From positions 1 to 51,569 of the forward strand of contig QPMI01000305.1 of the NCBI GenBank assembly GCA_004431415.1: 51,569 nt of DNA, in the 5' to 3' direction. Shown piece after piece: positions 1 to 12,960 of this stretch (position 1 is its first letter; every line of letters starts with the position of its first letter). The DNA is from Cyanophora paradoxa CCMP329. Lineage: Eukaryota > Plantae > Glaucophyta. Made by a program: the position numbers and the translations under genes. The notes beneath the pieces were generated by a model that did not search any database, was not told the origin of the DNA, and saw only the letters and a program-made list of their open reading frames with translations.

Positions 1-3000
1 CCCCGGCCCCCTCCGCCTCGCCCCGGCCGCCCGCCTCGGCGTCGGGCGCCTCGGGCCCCGGGTCGCCGGCCTCGGCCGGGTCGGGCCGCCGAAAGGCCAG
101 TAGCGCCTTCGCCAGGGTCCCGCTGCGCCCGCTGAGTCGGCCCGGCCCGGTCCGGCTCGGCAAAGGGGCGGGGCTGGCGGACGGACCGGTGCCTGCGAAG
201 GAGGCGCGCGGCTGCCGGAGGCTGCCTGCGCGGCGAGGCGGTCCTGCGCGTTCACCAGCACCGAGACGCGCTGCATGCGCGCCGTGCGGCCCGTCTCCGC
301 CACCGCGTTCACCGCCGCCGCACCCCCGCCGACCGCGGCGGCGTGTACGGCGCCCCGCGGGGGGGCCGGCGCCCCGGCCCGCCGCCTGCCCCGCCTCGGG
401 GCCCCCGGGGCGGCGGGCGAAGGAGGGGGAGGACCAGGGGCGCGGGGGCGCGTCGGGGCGGGTGCCGGGCGGGGGCGGGGCGGCGGCGAGGGTCGCCGCG
501 AGGAAAGAGTCGACGAACTCGAAGAGGCGGCGGAGGGACCAGACGCGGACCTGCCCCGCGTCGTCCCCCGTGTACAGCAGCGGGCCCGCCCCGCCCGCCC
601 CCTGCTGCCCCGCCCCGTCGTCCAGCCTGCGCCACCGGGTCGGTCCGAAGGGCGGGGGGCGAGCGGAAGTGCGGGGGGCGGACGCGAGGGCGAGGACGGG
701 GGAGGGAGCGCCGTCCGGGGCGGTGTTGCGGTGGGAGAGGAGGAGCTCGTGTCGGTTGGCGTAGGGGGCGGGGCGGGTGAGGTAGAAGTTGAGGAAGCCC
801 TGGGAGCAGGCCGTGACGAGGAGGGGGCGGGGGTCGAGCAGGGCGATGGCGGTGACGTCGGCCTCGTGGCCGGGGGCGAGGCCCTCGAGGCGGGCCGAGC
901 CGTAGTCCCACACCGCCACCGTCGAGTCGATCGAGCCCGACGCGATCAGCCCTGCCCGCCCGCGCCCCGCGCCGCCTCAGCGGCTGTCCTCAGCATGCGG
1001 GCGGGGCGGGGGCGGGGCCGGGGACCGAGGGCGGGGGCGAGGGCGAGGCAGGAGACCTCGTTGGCGTGGGCGACGATGGTGCGGAGGAGGATGCCCCCCG
1101 TCAGGTTGCTGTCGTCGTGCACGTAGATCGTCGCGTCCCTTTCAGTTCCCGCCCGGTCGCGCCCCTCGTCAGACGGAGCTGAAAAGAAGCGGGCGCGGGG
1201 GGGCGGGGGGCACCGGGAGGCGGTGACGAGGGTGCGGTCGGCGGGGACGTGGGCGATGGCCGTCACGTCGGCGCGGTGCCGCTCGTAGAGCTTGACGAGG
1301 GCGCCCTGCACGGACGAGTGGCACGCCACGCGCCCCTTCGTGTCCCCGATGTAGTAGCGCCGGCCCCCGGGGCCCACCGTCATCGCCGTCACCTCCCCCT
1401 GCCGCGCGCGTCCCGTCTCGGCGAGTGCGGCGGGGCGGCGGGGCGCGGGGCCGGGCGGGGGCGCCTGGGGAACGATGTCGCGATCGACGCGGATGAGGCG
1501 GCCCGTCTCCGCGTCCTGCCCCCCCGTGAGTCCGGCGGGGCTGGGCGGGGAGGGCGGGGCGGGGCGGGGCGGGGCGGGGAGGGGCGCGCCCAGTGGCGGA
1601 CGGAGCGGCCGGCGGCGGTGAGGATCTGCATGCGCTCGGGGGAGAAGTGGGCGGCGACGCAGGCGTGCGGGTCCGTCAGGGAGCGGTCCCCGGACTCGCC
1701 GTACTCCCACACCAGCAGCCGCTTGTCCGCCGCCACGATCCGCTTCATCTCCTGCGCTCCGCCCCCGGCCTCTGCGTCAGGCGCGCGCCGCAGGAGGGCT
1801 GCGGGCGGGGGCGGGGGCCGGGCACGGGTATGACGCAGAAGGCGGTGACGTCTTGCGAACGCCCGAGGATCGAGGAGGCGGTCAGGGGGCCCCCGTGGCC
1901 CCGCTCCCCGCCCGCCCCGCCCTGCACAGCGCCGCCCGCCTCAGCGCCGGGGGCGGGGTATGGGATAGGACGGGAGGGGCGGGGCCGGGGGCGGACCTGC
2001 GTGAGGGTCTGGAAGAGGGAGCTGGGCCCCTGCATGGCGGCCAGGGCCTGCGCCCGCGAGAACTCCTGCACGCTGCGCGCCCCCGCCCCCGCTCAGCGCC
2101 CCGGCCGGCCGCAGGCTGCCTGCGGGGCGGGGCGTGCCATGAGCCCGAGTCCATCTTGCGGATGTCCCCTGCCGGCCCGAGCGGACGTGAGCGAGCCCCG
2201 GGGGATCTCGAGGCGGGCAGGGCGCTGGGGGCGGGAGGGGGCGGGCGCACAGACGCGAATGACGCCGGCGGTGTCGGCGCTGACGAGCTGCGGCGTGTCC
2301 GGCACCGTCGCGATCCCCACCAGCGGCCGCTTGTGGCCCTGCGCACACGGCGCGCCGCCCCTCGGATGCCGCAGAAGCGAAAGCCGAGGCGGGCGGGCGG
2401 GGCGGGGCGAGGAGACGGGGCGGACGGAGAGGCGGCCGACGAGGCGCTCCATGAAGGGGTTCCAGACGAAGACGTCGGCGTCGAAGCCCGACGAGAAGAG
2501 GTACCGGTACTCCGCGTTGAACGCCAGCCCGTAGATGCCCTGCCCGCCGCGCCAGGTCAGATAGGATCGGGTCAGGTCAGATCAGATCGGGTGCGGGTCC
2601 GGGGGGGGCGGGGCGGGCCTGGCGGTGGCCGTCGCGGTCGGGGTTGAGGTTGTGGCGGGGCGAGGCCGGCGAGCCGAGCTCGCGCCGCAGCGTCATCGTG
2701 TGGACGTTGAAGAGCTTGATGCGGCGGTCCGCCCCCGCCGTCGCGATCGTGTCGATCGAGTCCAGCAGCGCGATCGCCGTCACCGCCTCCCCGTGCGCCC
2801 CCTTCATCGTGTGCGCCGCCCGCCAGTCCTGCCTTGCTTCTCAGCGCCGCAGGCGGAGCCGCCGGGGCGGGGCGGGGCGGGGCGGGGCGGGGCGCGCCTG
2901 CGGGCCGGGGACGCCGGTCGGGGGCGGAGTGTCGGTGCGCCAGAGCTACTCGGGGGCGTCAGGGAGGCGGGGCAGGGCCGGCGACGAGGGCGGCGCGCGC

Positions 3001-4601
3001 CCGCACGACCCCGAGGGCGTCGCCTGCGGGGCCGGCTTGGTGAGCGGAGAGAGGGGGAGGGCGGGGCGGGGGGCGGGGCGGGCGGGGCGCGCCGGAGAAG
3101 AGGGTGGAGGTGGCGGGGCACCAGCGCAGCGTCCGGATCATCGCCCCGTCGTTCGTCTGCGCGGCTTCAGGCCCCCCGCCGGAGCGCGCGGGGCGCGGGG
3201 CGGGGGCGGGGCGGGGTGTCTGGGGGCGCCTTGAGGTCGCGGGTGAGGTGGGGGGCGGCGGTGCCGGTCTTGCCGTGGACGTAGTCGAAGAAGGAGAGAG
3301 TGTGGTTCGACGAGGCCGCTGCCAGCACCTCCATCTCCGCGATCGGCTCCATCGCCACGCTGCGGCCCCCGGCCCCGCCCCGGGGCCCCCGCCGGTCAGG
3401 CCACGGCGCCGGGCGGGCGGGCGGGCGGGGGTGCGGACAAGGTGGAGGGCGGGCCGGGCCGCTCGCAGAAGGTCGTCACCACCTCGAGCGTGTCGGGGTC
3501 TGCGCGGCGCCGTCGCTCGCCACCGGCGGCGAGGCGCGGGGCGCGGGGCGGGGCGTGCCGACGAGCTGGAGGCGGGAGGAGAAGCGCTCGGCGATGGCGA
3601 TCTTGTCGCAGGCCGGCACGTACACGACCCGCTCGATCGGCTGCTGCCGCATCGCCCCGTCCTGCGCCCCCGCCACAGCGCCCCTCAGCATACCCGAGCC
3701 TCGCGGCGGGCAGCGGGCGGGCGCGCCTGCACGGGGCTCGGGTTGTAGTTGCGGATCACGTCCACAAAGGTCTGCCGAGGGCCGGAGTGAGGGCGCCGGG
3801 GGCGGGGCGGGGCGGGGCGGGGGCGGGGCGGGGCGGGGCGCGCCTGCTGGGAGGCCGAGATCCCCTGCTCCACGATGAAGGCCGTGAACTGCGCCCCGCC
3901 GCCACGTCGGGCCCCGCGGCTGCCCTCCCGCCCCGAGCCCGCCCCGCGCCGGGCCGGGCCGGCCGCACCTCGGTCCAGGTGATGGTTCCCTCGCCGAGCG
4001 CGTCCACTTGCTCGAAGAGGTCGATCAGATTCTGCCCCCAGACCCCTCAGCGGCCGCCCGGCCTGAGCGCGCGCGCGGGGGGGGGGGGGGGGGGGGGCAC
4101 GGAGGTGATGGCCTCCTCCTCCTCGTCGCTCTCCGGGGGCGGGAGGAAGGCGCGCAGGGTGGACACGAAGGCGGGGAGCGTCAGCTCCGCGCTCGCCTCG
4201 AACGCCTCCTCGATCTCCCCCATGTTCTTCGTTCGCAGCCGCATCAGCAGGTCGAACCCCTTCTGCGCCTCTGCCCGCCCCGCGTCGGCCCCCGCCCCGC
4301 GTCGGCCCCCGCCCCGCGCGCCCGCCCAGCGCTGGCGTCGAGCACCTCTCTTGCCCAGCGATATCAGGAAATTCTCCAGGTTCTACGAAGAAAGTCGCGG
4401 CGTCAGCCGGGCAGCGCGGGGGCCCAGGGTGCCCGCCGTGCGGACCGACTTCTGCTTGCGCAGGGCCTCGCGCTGCTCCTCCCGCGCAGCGGCGATCACG
4501 CTTGCCTTTCGCCGCGTACGCGGCTTCTCTTGCTTCTCCGCCTTGCGCGGCTCATCGTTCAGGTTTATCGTCCACCTCCCGATGCCGCTCTTGCTCAGCA
4601 T
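1..4601 (-). CDS. EF-hand + WD40-repeat protein (WDR49-like architecture), multi-exon, 3' end runs off the window
   Basis: ATG at 4601 (MLSKSGIGRW). Spliced exons give an EF-hand-like segment (NLIDLFEQVDALGEGTITWTE|FTAFIVE) and several WD repeats (GAHGEAVTAIALLDSIDTIATAGADRRIKLFN; GHKRPLVGIATVPDTPQLVSADTAGVIR; RHRADVTAIAHVPADRTLVTASR; LLYTGDDAGQVRVWS). Many GT-AG and GC-AG introns. Confidence 0.8.
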
Positions 4602-5177
4602 TGGGCCGTAAGCAAGCGACGGCAATGTTTAGCTGAGCGTCGACTGCTCGAGAGCTAGGTTCTGCAGGGCGCGGCCTGGCCGCCGGCGGGCCGGATCCGT
4701 GCCGGCAAATTAAACCTGACTGAGCGTCGCCTCGCGGCGGGCCGGATCCGAGCAGCTGTCGAGATCCAGAGCCTGGTATCGAGGCCACAGCATGCAGATA
4801 GTCTACACCCCTACGGCGCTTAGCTCTGCTGCGAAGGCCGTCCGCTGGCTGTTGCAATTGCGGCGCCACTCCCTGGCTAGCTAGCTCCAGGCTGCTGGAT
4901 CATGAAGGTGCTAGAAATCGCGTTCTGCGAAGCTGAGTGACTTGTCTGGCTGTTGGCGGGGTGCGCGTGCAGTTACGTTACTTCGTTCGCAAGCCAGCTG
5001 CAGCCGGCCTCAAGTGAGCTTCATTCGAAGAGGCTGCGCTGTGCGGCTTCGGGCTGATCGCTTCCGACCGATCACTCCAGCAACGGAAAACGCCCTCGGT
5101 TCTCTTCGCCACCACTCCTCTCGGGGGAACGAGCTAGGGCCGGGTACGGTACAAAGGGTTCAGAGCCGACAAGAAGA

Positions 5178-5674
5178 ATGGTGTACTGTAAGCATCCCGT
5201 CCCCTCGTGCTGCCGCCGTAGACGGGAGGCTAGATGACATCCGCTAGCAAGGTCCCGCGCGGTTACTCGCGATCGCCGGCCGCGTGGTCGAGCCCCTTCA
5301 TACGGACTGCCCGCATCGTTCGTTCGTCGTCTGGGCAGCTCTCTTACGTGATTATCTATCGCAGACGTGGATCAGGATCTCCTCCACCCCTCTGAGGCGA
5401 ACGAGAAGCGCCGGCACAAGCTCAAGCGGCTTGTCCAGAGCCCCAACTCGTTCTTCATGGATGTGAAGTGCCCCGGCTGCTTCAACATGTGCGCTGAGAC
5501 GCCGCGCTACTCCGCACTCGCCGCCGCTCATTTGGCCCGATCCGCAGCACCACCGTCTTCAGCCACGCCCAGACCGTCGTTCTCTGCGGCAGCTGCTCGA
5601 CCGTCCTCTGCCAGCCGACTGGCGGGAAGGCGCGCCTCACCGAGGGCTGCTCCTTCCGCCGGAAGGTCGAGTAA
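5178..5674 (+). CDS. RPS27: 40S ribosomal protein S27 (eS27)
   Basis: Exons 5178-5187, 5365-5488 and 5548-5674 with GT-AG introns give [86 protein letters not shown], a C4 zinc-finger eS27. Confidence 0.98.
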
Positions 5675-6588
5675 AGCCCCAACACCATTCCTCTTCATGC
5701 GCGGCGTTCCTTCCTCCGTGGTGCGTGATAGCTCAGCATTCGCTTGATAGCGTTGTAGCGTGCACGTAACATGCGCTTAAGCATCCCCGTTCGCCACACC
5801 TTGTGATCACCGGTGCTCATTCGTTCTTTGCTGCAGGAGCGCCGTGTCAACAACTGAGCTACACCATCATCTCAAAAGGAGGATAGAGAGGACCGCGGCC
5901 GGCTGGCGAGCCCTAGCCAGACCTTCAGGCGTCGGCTGGCTCGCACGACCTCCGAGGGCGATCGTGCTGCGCTCGCGATGCTCAGCCGTTCCGTTCTCCG
6001 TCAGACCAGTTCCTTGTCGATCAATCTGAACCTTTCGCTTCAAGTCTCGAGGCGCGAGCGTTGGGTGGGAGGTGTCTAAGCAGCCATCACCGCTGTTCTT
6101 GGGATCGGGATGGCTGCGTCCTCGCCTGGCTCGTCTTGACCGTGGTTATGATCATTTTCGGTTACTAGCGCCTTTTCTGCAACTTGTTGGGATCTATAGT
6201 CTGCAGCAGCTCGGGTTGCCGGCCATGAGTATTGCCAGTGCGGTGGTGGGAGGTGCTCTTCGCCTCGTGGCCATGGTGTGTGTGTGATGCGTACATGTGC
6301 GATTTAGAGTGTGGCCGGCGCTGGCATAAACCATGGCCATGCAAAAGTGTCATTTTCCCAACTACCATGAATGACATGCCCTATCTGTTGTCAAAGAAGC
6401 TTCACAGGCACGACGAGACTAGGTTTATGGTTGGCGGCATCAGGTAGACTTGACTTCCGACGCTAACTCCTACCTAACGGCGTAATAAAGCGAAAACGCC
6501 TGTATCTGCCTAAAAAAGAGCGATGCGAGGATATTTGACAAGGCGCGTGGATCGTGGCGGGCGGCGGGGCGAGGGGCTGGCGCGGCCG

Positions 6589-9500
6589 CTAGCCGAGGTG
6601 GTCGGTGTGGCCGGGGCCGAAGAGGGCCCAGCCGCCGGTGCCGGCGCCGCCGGGCGTCTCGGGGACCTGCAGGAGAGGCCCGTCGAGGGGCGGCATGCCC
6701 ATCCCGAGCGACATGTCGACGCCGCCGCCGACCATGTCCCCCATGAGGCCCCCGGGGCCTGCGCCGCCGTCAGCGCGCCGGCGGGGCGGGGCGGGGCGGG
6801 ACGGGGCGGGGCGCTGCGGACCCATGCCCATGCCGGCGGCGGGCGTGCCGGCGACGACGTCGTCGAGGTCGGGCATCGCGATGTGCGCGTGCAGGTCGTC
6901 GTGCACGCCCTGCGCGCCCCCGCCGTCAGCGGCCGCGCGGGGGGGCGGCAAGAGGCGGGGCGCGCCTCGATGATGCCGTTGGTGGGGAGCATGCCGACGA
7001 GGCCGTCGGCGTGGGGCATGGAGGGCTTGGGCCCCAGGGCCTCCTTGCTGGGGTCCATCCCCTCGACGCCCGGCATCGCGGCGAGCAGCTGCGGCGTCGA
7101 CGGCGGCTGCAGCTGCGGCGTCCCCGCCTCCAGCGACTGCGAGGGGGTCCCCGGCATCATCCCCCGCGCGTTCATCCGCTGGCCCCCCATCATCTGCGGC
7201 CCCCCGCGTGAGGCCGGCGGCGCGGTCACCCCAGGGAAGGGGGCGGCGCACCTGGCGCTGCTGGGCGGGCATCATCTGGCCGGGCATGGGGCCCGGCGTG
7301 CCCGGGTACATGCCCTGCATCATGGCCATCTGCTGCTGCTGCGCCTGCATGTGCTGCGCCTGCGCCTGCTGCTGCTGCATCGCGTACGCCTGCTGCGGGT
7401 TCATGCCCTGCTGGGCCATGCTGCGTGGCGAGAGCGGGGTCCCGTTGTGGCCCATCATGCCGCGCTGCTGGGCCTGGGCGTGCGCGGCCTGCTGCATGGC
7501 GCGCTGCTGCTGCTGCTGGATCATCGCCGCCGTCCCGGGGTCCTGCATCATGTACGTCGGGCCGCCCATCATCGCGTTCATGCCGTAGCCCATGGAGCCG
7601 GGGTTGCCCATCATCATCGGGCCGCCGCCGCCGCCGCCCATGGCCGCCGCGGCGGCTGCCGCCTGCTGGTACTGCATCTGGGCCTGCATCTGGGCCTGCT
7701 GCGCCTGCGCCATCTGCTGCTGCTGCTGCTGCTGGGCCTGCTGCTGCTGCGCCTGCGCCTGCTGCTGCGCCTGCTGCTGCTGCTGGGCCTGCCGCTGCTG
7801 CGCCTGGGTCTGCTTCTGCGAGCCGGAGCGGGGCGAGGGGCCGCCGCCGGAGGGGCTCGTGCGCTGCTGGCCCGGGGCGCCGACCGTGGAGGGCGGTGTG
7901 CCGGCGTTCGGCGAGAGGCTCGAGTTGGGCGAGTTGGCGCCGCCGGCCGGCGGGCTCGCCAGGCTCGTCCCCGAGGCGCCGGACCCCGGCCCCGTTCCCG
8001 AGCTCGAGGAGGCACCGCGCGAGGCGCCGGGGCCGGCGGTGCGCGGGAGCGGGGGCGGGGCCATGGAGCCGGGGGCGGAGGAGGACTGCGACTGGGGCGG
8101 CGAGGGGGCGGAGGGCGCCGGCGTGCTGGCTGCCGAGCTCTGGCTGAGGGGCGTGGACGGCGCGAAGAGGTCCCGCGGCGGCGCCCCGGGGCCGGCGATC
8201 AGCGGCCACGAGTCCCGCGCCGCCGCGCTGTAGTACGAGCCCGGCGGCGCGCCCGGCCCGCCCAGCAGCAGCATCCCGCTGCTGCGGCCGCGCTCGCGCT
8301 CCCGCTCGCGCTCCTTCTCCCGCTCCTTCTCCTTCTCGCGCTCCCGGTCGCCCGTGCCGATGCCGCGCAGCTCCTGCAGGGGGGCGCGCCGCGCGTGAGC
8401 GAAGCGGCGGGGCGGCGGGGCGGGGCGGGGGCGCGGGGCGGGGCGGACGAGGTTGGCGCGGTTGATGCAGGAGCGGATGTGGCGCATGCGCGGGTGCTCG
8501 TCGGGGAAGAGCTGCGGGTTCTTCGCGAACATCGCCAGCGCCTTCTCCCACGTCGCGATCGCCTTGGCCCACATCTCTGCCGGCCCCGCGCGCGTGAGTC
8601 CCCGCGGGGCGGGGCGGGGCGGGGCCGGCGCACTGGCTTCGCCGTAGAGGCTCGCGAGGTGCGAGAGCGTGTAGCCGATGAGCGGCGTCTCGCCCTCCGG
8701 GTCGCACGACTGCCCCGCCCCGTCAGCGCGGCCCCGGCGGCGGCAAGGCGGGCGCGGCGGGGCGGGGCGGGGCGCACGATCTGGAAGCCGAGGAGGAAGC
8801 GGACGAGGGAGAAGAGGAGGTTGAGCGGGGGCTGGTGCCGCCCGCCACGGATGAGGAGGAGGCCGTAGCGGAGGTGGTCCATGTCCGCCTGCGCGAAGGC
8901 CTCGTGCCCCCGCTGCAGCCGCCACGCCGCCCGGTACTCCGTCGCCGCCATCCCGAAGCTCTCTGCCCGCCCGCCGCCCGCTCGCATCCCGCACCGACAC
9001 CGGCGGGCGGGGGCGGGGGCGGGGGCGGGGGCGGTGCGCACTCTGGTGGAAGTAGATGCAGGCGCGGACGTACATGAGGGAGTAGATGTCGGGGTGCTCG
9101 GGCTGGTAGTACTGCCGCTTGAGGTCGATGATCTTGGAGAAGTAGGAGAGGGCCTTCTTGTACTTGCACTGCCGGAAGGCGATCGCGCCGTAGACCTGGT
9201 AGACCGACGCCTCGAAGAGGACGTCCTTCTTCGCCTGGTTCGCCCCCGTGTTCCACCACGTCTTCGAGAGGTGGAACTCGGCGCGCTGGTAGTCCTCCTT
9301 GAGCGCGTACGCCTCGCCCAGGTTGCGCAGGATCTCCGCCTCGTTCGGGTCCTTGACGACGCGGGCGCGCGTGAGGATCGCCCAGCCCTCGTGCCACGCC
9401 TCCAGCGCCTCCTTGTAGTGCGAGTGTTGCAGGAGGGTGACCCCCATGAGGTTGAGGCAGCGGGCGTGGAGGACCGAGAACTCGCCGTCGGCCTTCATGC

Positions 9501-12500
9501 AGATGTTGCGGGCCTTGTTGAGCAGCAGCATCGCCTCCTCGAAGGAGATGTCGAAGAGGTCGGGGGCGGAGACGCGGAGCTCCGAGGTGAAGACGGCGAC
9601 GATCGAGTGGCACTGCTCGACGACCTGGAGGGCGTCCCCCTTCGAGAAGTCCTCCGTCGCCTTGAGCATCGCCAGCAGCAGCGAGTGGAAGACCGACGAG
9701 ACCTGCCCCCGCGCCCCGCCCGTGAGCCGGGCCGACGCCGGCGCGGCGCGGCGAGGGGGGCGGGGGCGGACGGTGCGGCGGGAGGTGGCGCGGCGCATGC
9801 GGGTGAGGAGGGTGCGGAGGTCGTAGCGCCCGTCGGGCTCCTTGAAGAGGCTCGTGTTCAGGCAGCGCGGGTCCGAGAGCAGGAACTGCGCCTCCAGCCA
9901 GTTCTCTGCGCAACGCCCCCAGCCCCGTCGGCCCGGCCCTCGCCTCGCCCCGCCCCGACGCCGGCGGGGCCCCGCGCGCCCGGCGCACCGCGCTCGACGG
10001 CGCCGCGGATGTTCTCCTCGAGCTTCGCCGCCTCGGCCTCGGTGACTTTGAAGGGCGCCGTGAGGTCCTGCGCGCCCCGCTCGGCTCCCGGGACCCCAAA
10101 CGCCGGCGGGCAGGGGCAGGGGCGGGGCGGGGCGGGGCGGACCGTGGGGACCATGATGTGCATCTGGAAGAAGGGCTCGCTGCTCGTCAGCGGCGTCGGG
10201 AGCGGCATGTGCGCCGCGTGGCTCCCGTTCGCCCCCGACCCGCCCTCCCCCGCCCCGCCCGAGCTCGAGGGGCCGTTGGGGAGGCCGCCGAGCCGTTCGC
10301 GCCGTCCCCGCCTTCCCTCGAGCTGCCCTCGCCCGAGCCCGACGCGGCGCTCTGCGCGGCCCCGTCACGAGGGCGCTCGGCGCCGCCGGGCGGCGGGGTC
10401 CGCACCGCTGCCGCCGCCGCCTGCGCGATGGCCGCCTGCGCCTCCGACGTCTGCGGGGGCGCCCCGTGAGCGCCGCGGGCCGGCGGGGCGGGGGTGGGGC
10501 GGGGGCGGCGCGCCTTCTCCTGCTCCCGCTTGGCTATCTCGTTCTCCAGGTCTTGGAGGGACTTGTTCGCAGTCCTGCCGGTACGTCAGCGGCGGCGCGG
10601 CGGGGCGCGGCCTGGGGGCGGCGGGGCGCGCCGGAAGGAGAGGTCCGAGTCGGACTGGAGCGACTCGTTCGCCTCCTGCAGCGCCTCCTCGAAGAGGTAC
10701 GGCTCCGGCTCTGCAGCCGCCCGTCAGTGCCCCGGCGCCTTTCTCGACGCGCGCGCGGCGACGCGCCTTTGTACTGGATCGCCATCTGCTCGACGAAGGC
10801 TTGCGACCAGGTGCGCGCCCACTCTGCCCGAAGGGTCGGCCACTTGGCGGCGGCGGGGGCGCCGGCTGCGCGTGCGAGGCACGTACCACCGGAGACCCCC
10901 GCGATGCCTGCGCCGGGGCCGGCGATGGGGGGCGACGAGGACGAGAAGAGGCCCGCGCCGGGCCCCTCTATGCGGCTCCGCTTGCTGGGGGCTGGGGAAG
11001 GGACGTCAGGGGCCGATAGAAGGGGGCGGACGGTGGCGCGGCGCACGATCGAGCGCGGAGGAGGACTGCTCGAGGATGCGGGCGGCGCCGGGGCCGGCAA
11101 TCATTGGGCGCTGCGGAGCGCGTCAGCATCGGAGATGGGAATGTCCGGCGCGGCGCGCACGGAGGGCTGGGAGGAAGACGACGAGGATGCTTGGGAGGAG
11201 GAGCCAGCCGCGGGGGCCGAGGGGCGGGAAGGGGGCGGCATCATGGAGCCCGACGAAGGCGGGCCAGAGGAGGAGCTGGGTTGCGCCCCGTTCAGCGGCG
11301 AGCCCGCCCCCCCTCGCTGCGGCGCCTGCGACCCCGAGCCGGGCCTGCGAGTCCCCGCGTGAGGACAAGCCGGCCGGAGAGCGCTAAGCGCATCCCACGC
11401 ACCGCGTTCCCTGTGCCGAGAGGATCGCGGCCGCGCCGGGCCCTGCGATTCGGGGTGCAGCGGCAGAAGCTCCGCTGGCGCCGCGCCCGGCGGGCGGCTG
11501 TGAGCTCGCTGTGGCAGGGGGCGTCGAGGCGGCCTGCCCGCGCCCGGCAGCGGCGCCGGCCTGTGCGGCGGCGGCTGCGTTGCCCCGGCCCCTGCCTCCG
11601 ACGGCCGGCATGTTCGCTCGCCCCGAACCCTGCGTCCCGCCAGGTTGCCCCGGCCCCGCTGCTGCTGCTGACGCCTGCGCCGCCGCCCCCGAAGCCGCCG
11701 CGGCGTTTCCTCCCGCCGTTCGCTGCACTCCGCCGGTCGGGGAGCTCGCGGGGTTGCGCGGCATTCCCTGGGCCGCGCCTCCCTGGGGCATCGGCTGCAT
11801 CCCCGCCATCTGCTTTCACGGGCGTGAGACGCGAACCTCGGTCGCGCGCGGGGCGAGGGAGCGAAGGCCTACCATGCCCGGCTGGCCCTGCATCTGCGAG
11901 AGCGAACGCGTGCACGTCAGCGCCGGGAAGCTGCGGGGTGCGGGGGCCTCGCACCGCATACGGGTGTCCGGGCATCGCGTGCATCATCTGCGAGGGCCCA
12001 AACCGTCACGAGCGGGATCGGCGGGCCGGCGCATCGGGGAGCCCCGTTCGCGCAAACCTGCTGCGGGCCGCCCTGCTGGGGCACGCCCTGCATGGGGTGG
12101 CCCATGGGGGGGCCCATCGCCATCCGGTTGCCGCCGGGACCGGCCATAGTCTGGCCGTTGGGCATGACGTAGAACTGCTTCGGCCAGCCCGACGGCCCGC
12201 CGCCTGGTACCTGCCCTCCGGGCGCCCCACCGGGCGACATTTGCATGGCCTGCATCTGCATGGCCTGCATTTGCATGGCCTGCTGCTGTTGCTGCTGCTG
12301 CGCCTGCTGCTGCTGCTGCTGGCGCTGCTGCTGCATCATCGGATCCTGGCCAGCGGCCATCATCGGGCCGCCCATGCCTTGGCCCTGTTGCGGAGTTCCA
12401 CGCCACACCCCAGACATGTCCGGTGAAGCACCTCCCATCATCATCATTTGCTGCTGCTGCTGCAAGCGCTGCGCGCGCGCGCGCGCGGCAATGAGCGTCG

Positions 12501-12960
12501 AAAGCGGTCGGGCGGGATCAGTGAGCGGACCTGAGCCATCTGGGGTCCGCCCATTCCGCCGTACTCGTCCATCTGGGCGTGCTCAAAGCCGCCAGGAACG
12601 CCCACGTCGTAGACGCCCCCGTCAGGTGGCGCTGAGAGGGCCAGCACGTCCTGATCGACGACCGCAGCGCCGCCATCGAAGAGCGCCAACGTCGATTGCG
12701 GGCTGAGCGAGCCGAACATCTGCGGAGTGCCCATCTCCATCGACGGCGTGCCGAGGTCGTACACGGGCTGGCCCATGCCGCCCGGCATCCCCATCGCGTG
12801 CTGGCGCCCGCGTGGCATTCCTCCAGGCATGCCACCGTAGTTCACGAAAGTGCCGACGACGCCCCCGCCGGAGGCATCTGCATGGTGACTGGCTCAGTGA
12901 CACTGCAGACAGCTGGCGGTGCCAATGCGAATACTGACCGAACTCGGGCCCGCGATCCAT
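6589..12960 (-). CDS. Large TPR-repeat protein (kinesin-light-chain/NPHP3-type TPRs) flanked by Q/M/G/P-rich low-complexity regions, multi-exon
   Basis: ATG at 12960 (MDRGPEF|DASGG); frame followed across introns to TAG at 6589. Core 8400-9700 has TPR helices (ARCLNLMGVTLLQHSHYKEALEAW, AEILRNLGEAYALKEDYQRAEFHL, YYQPEHPDIYSLM, PDEHPRMRHIRSCI). PolyQ/QA tracts at ~7260-7810 and ~12240-12470. Confidence 0.75.

Noticed and set aside
5188-5364. Long first intron of RPS27 as a snoRNA host
   Set aside because: No convincing box C (RUGAUGA) and box D (CUGA) pair or H/ACA layout was visible; an Infernal/Rfam scan is needed.
7208-8233. Cys-rich metallothionein-like ORFs (also 12245-12706)
   Set aside because: They are the reverse complement of CAG-rich polyQ codons in the TPR gene.
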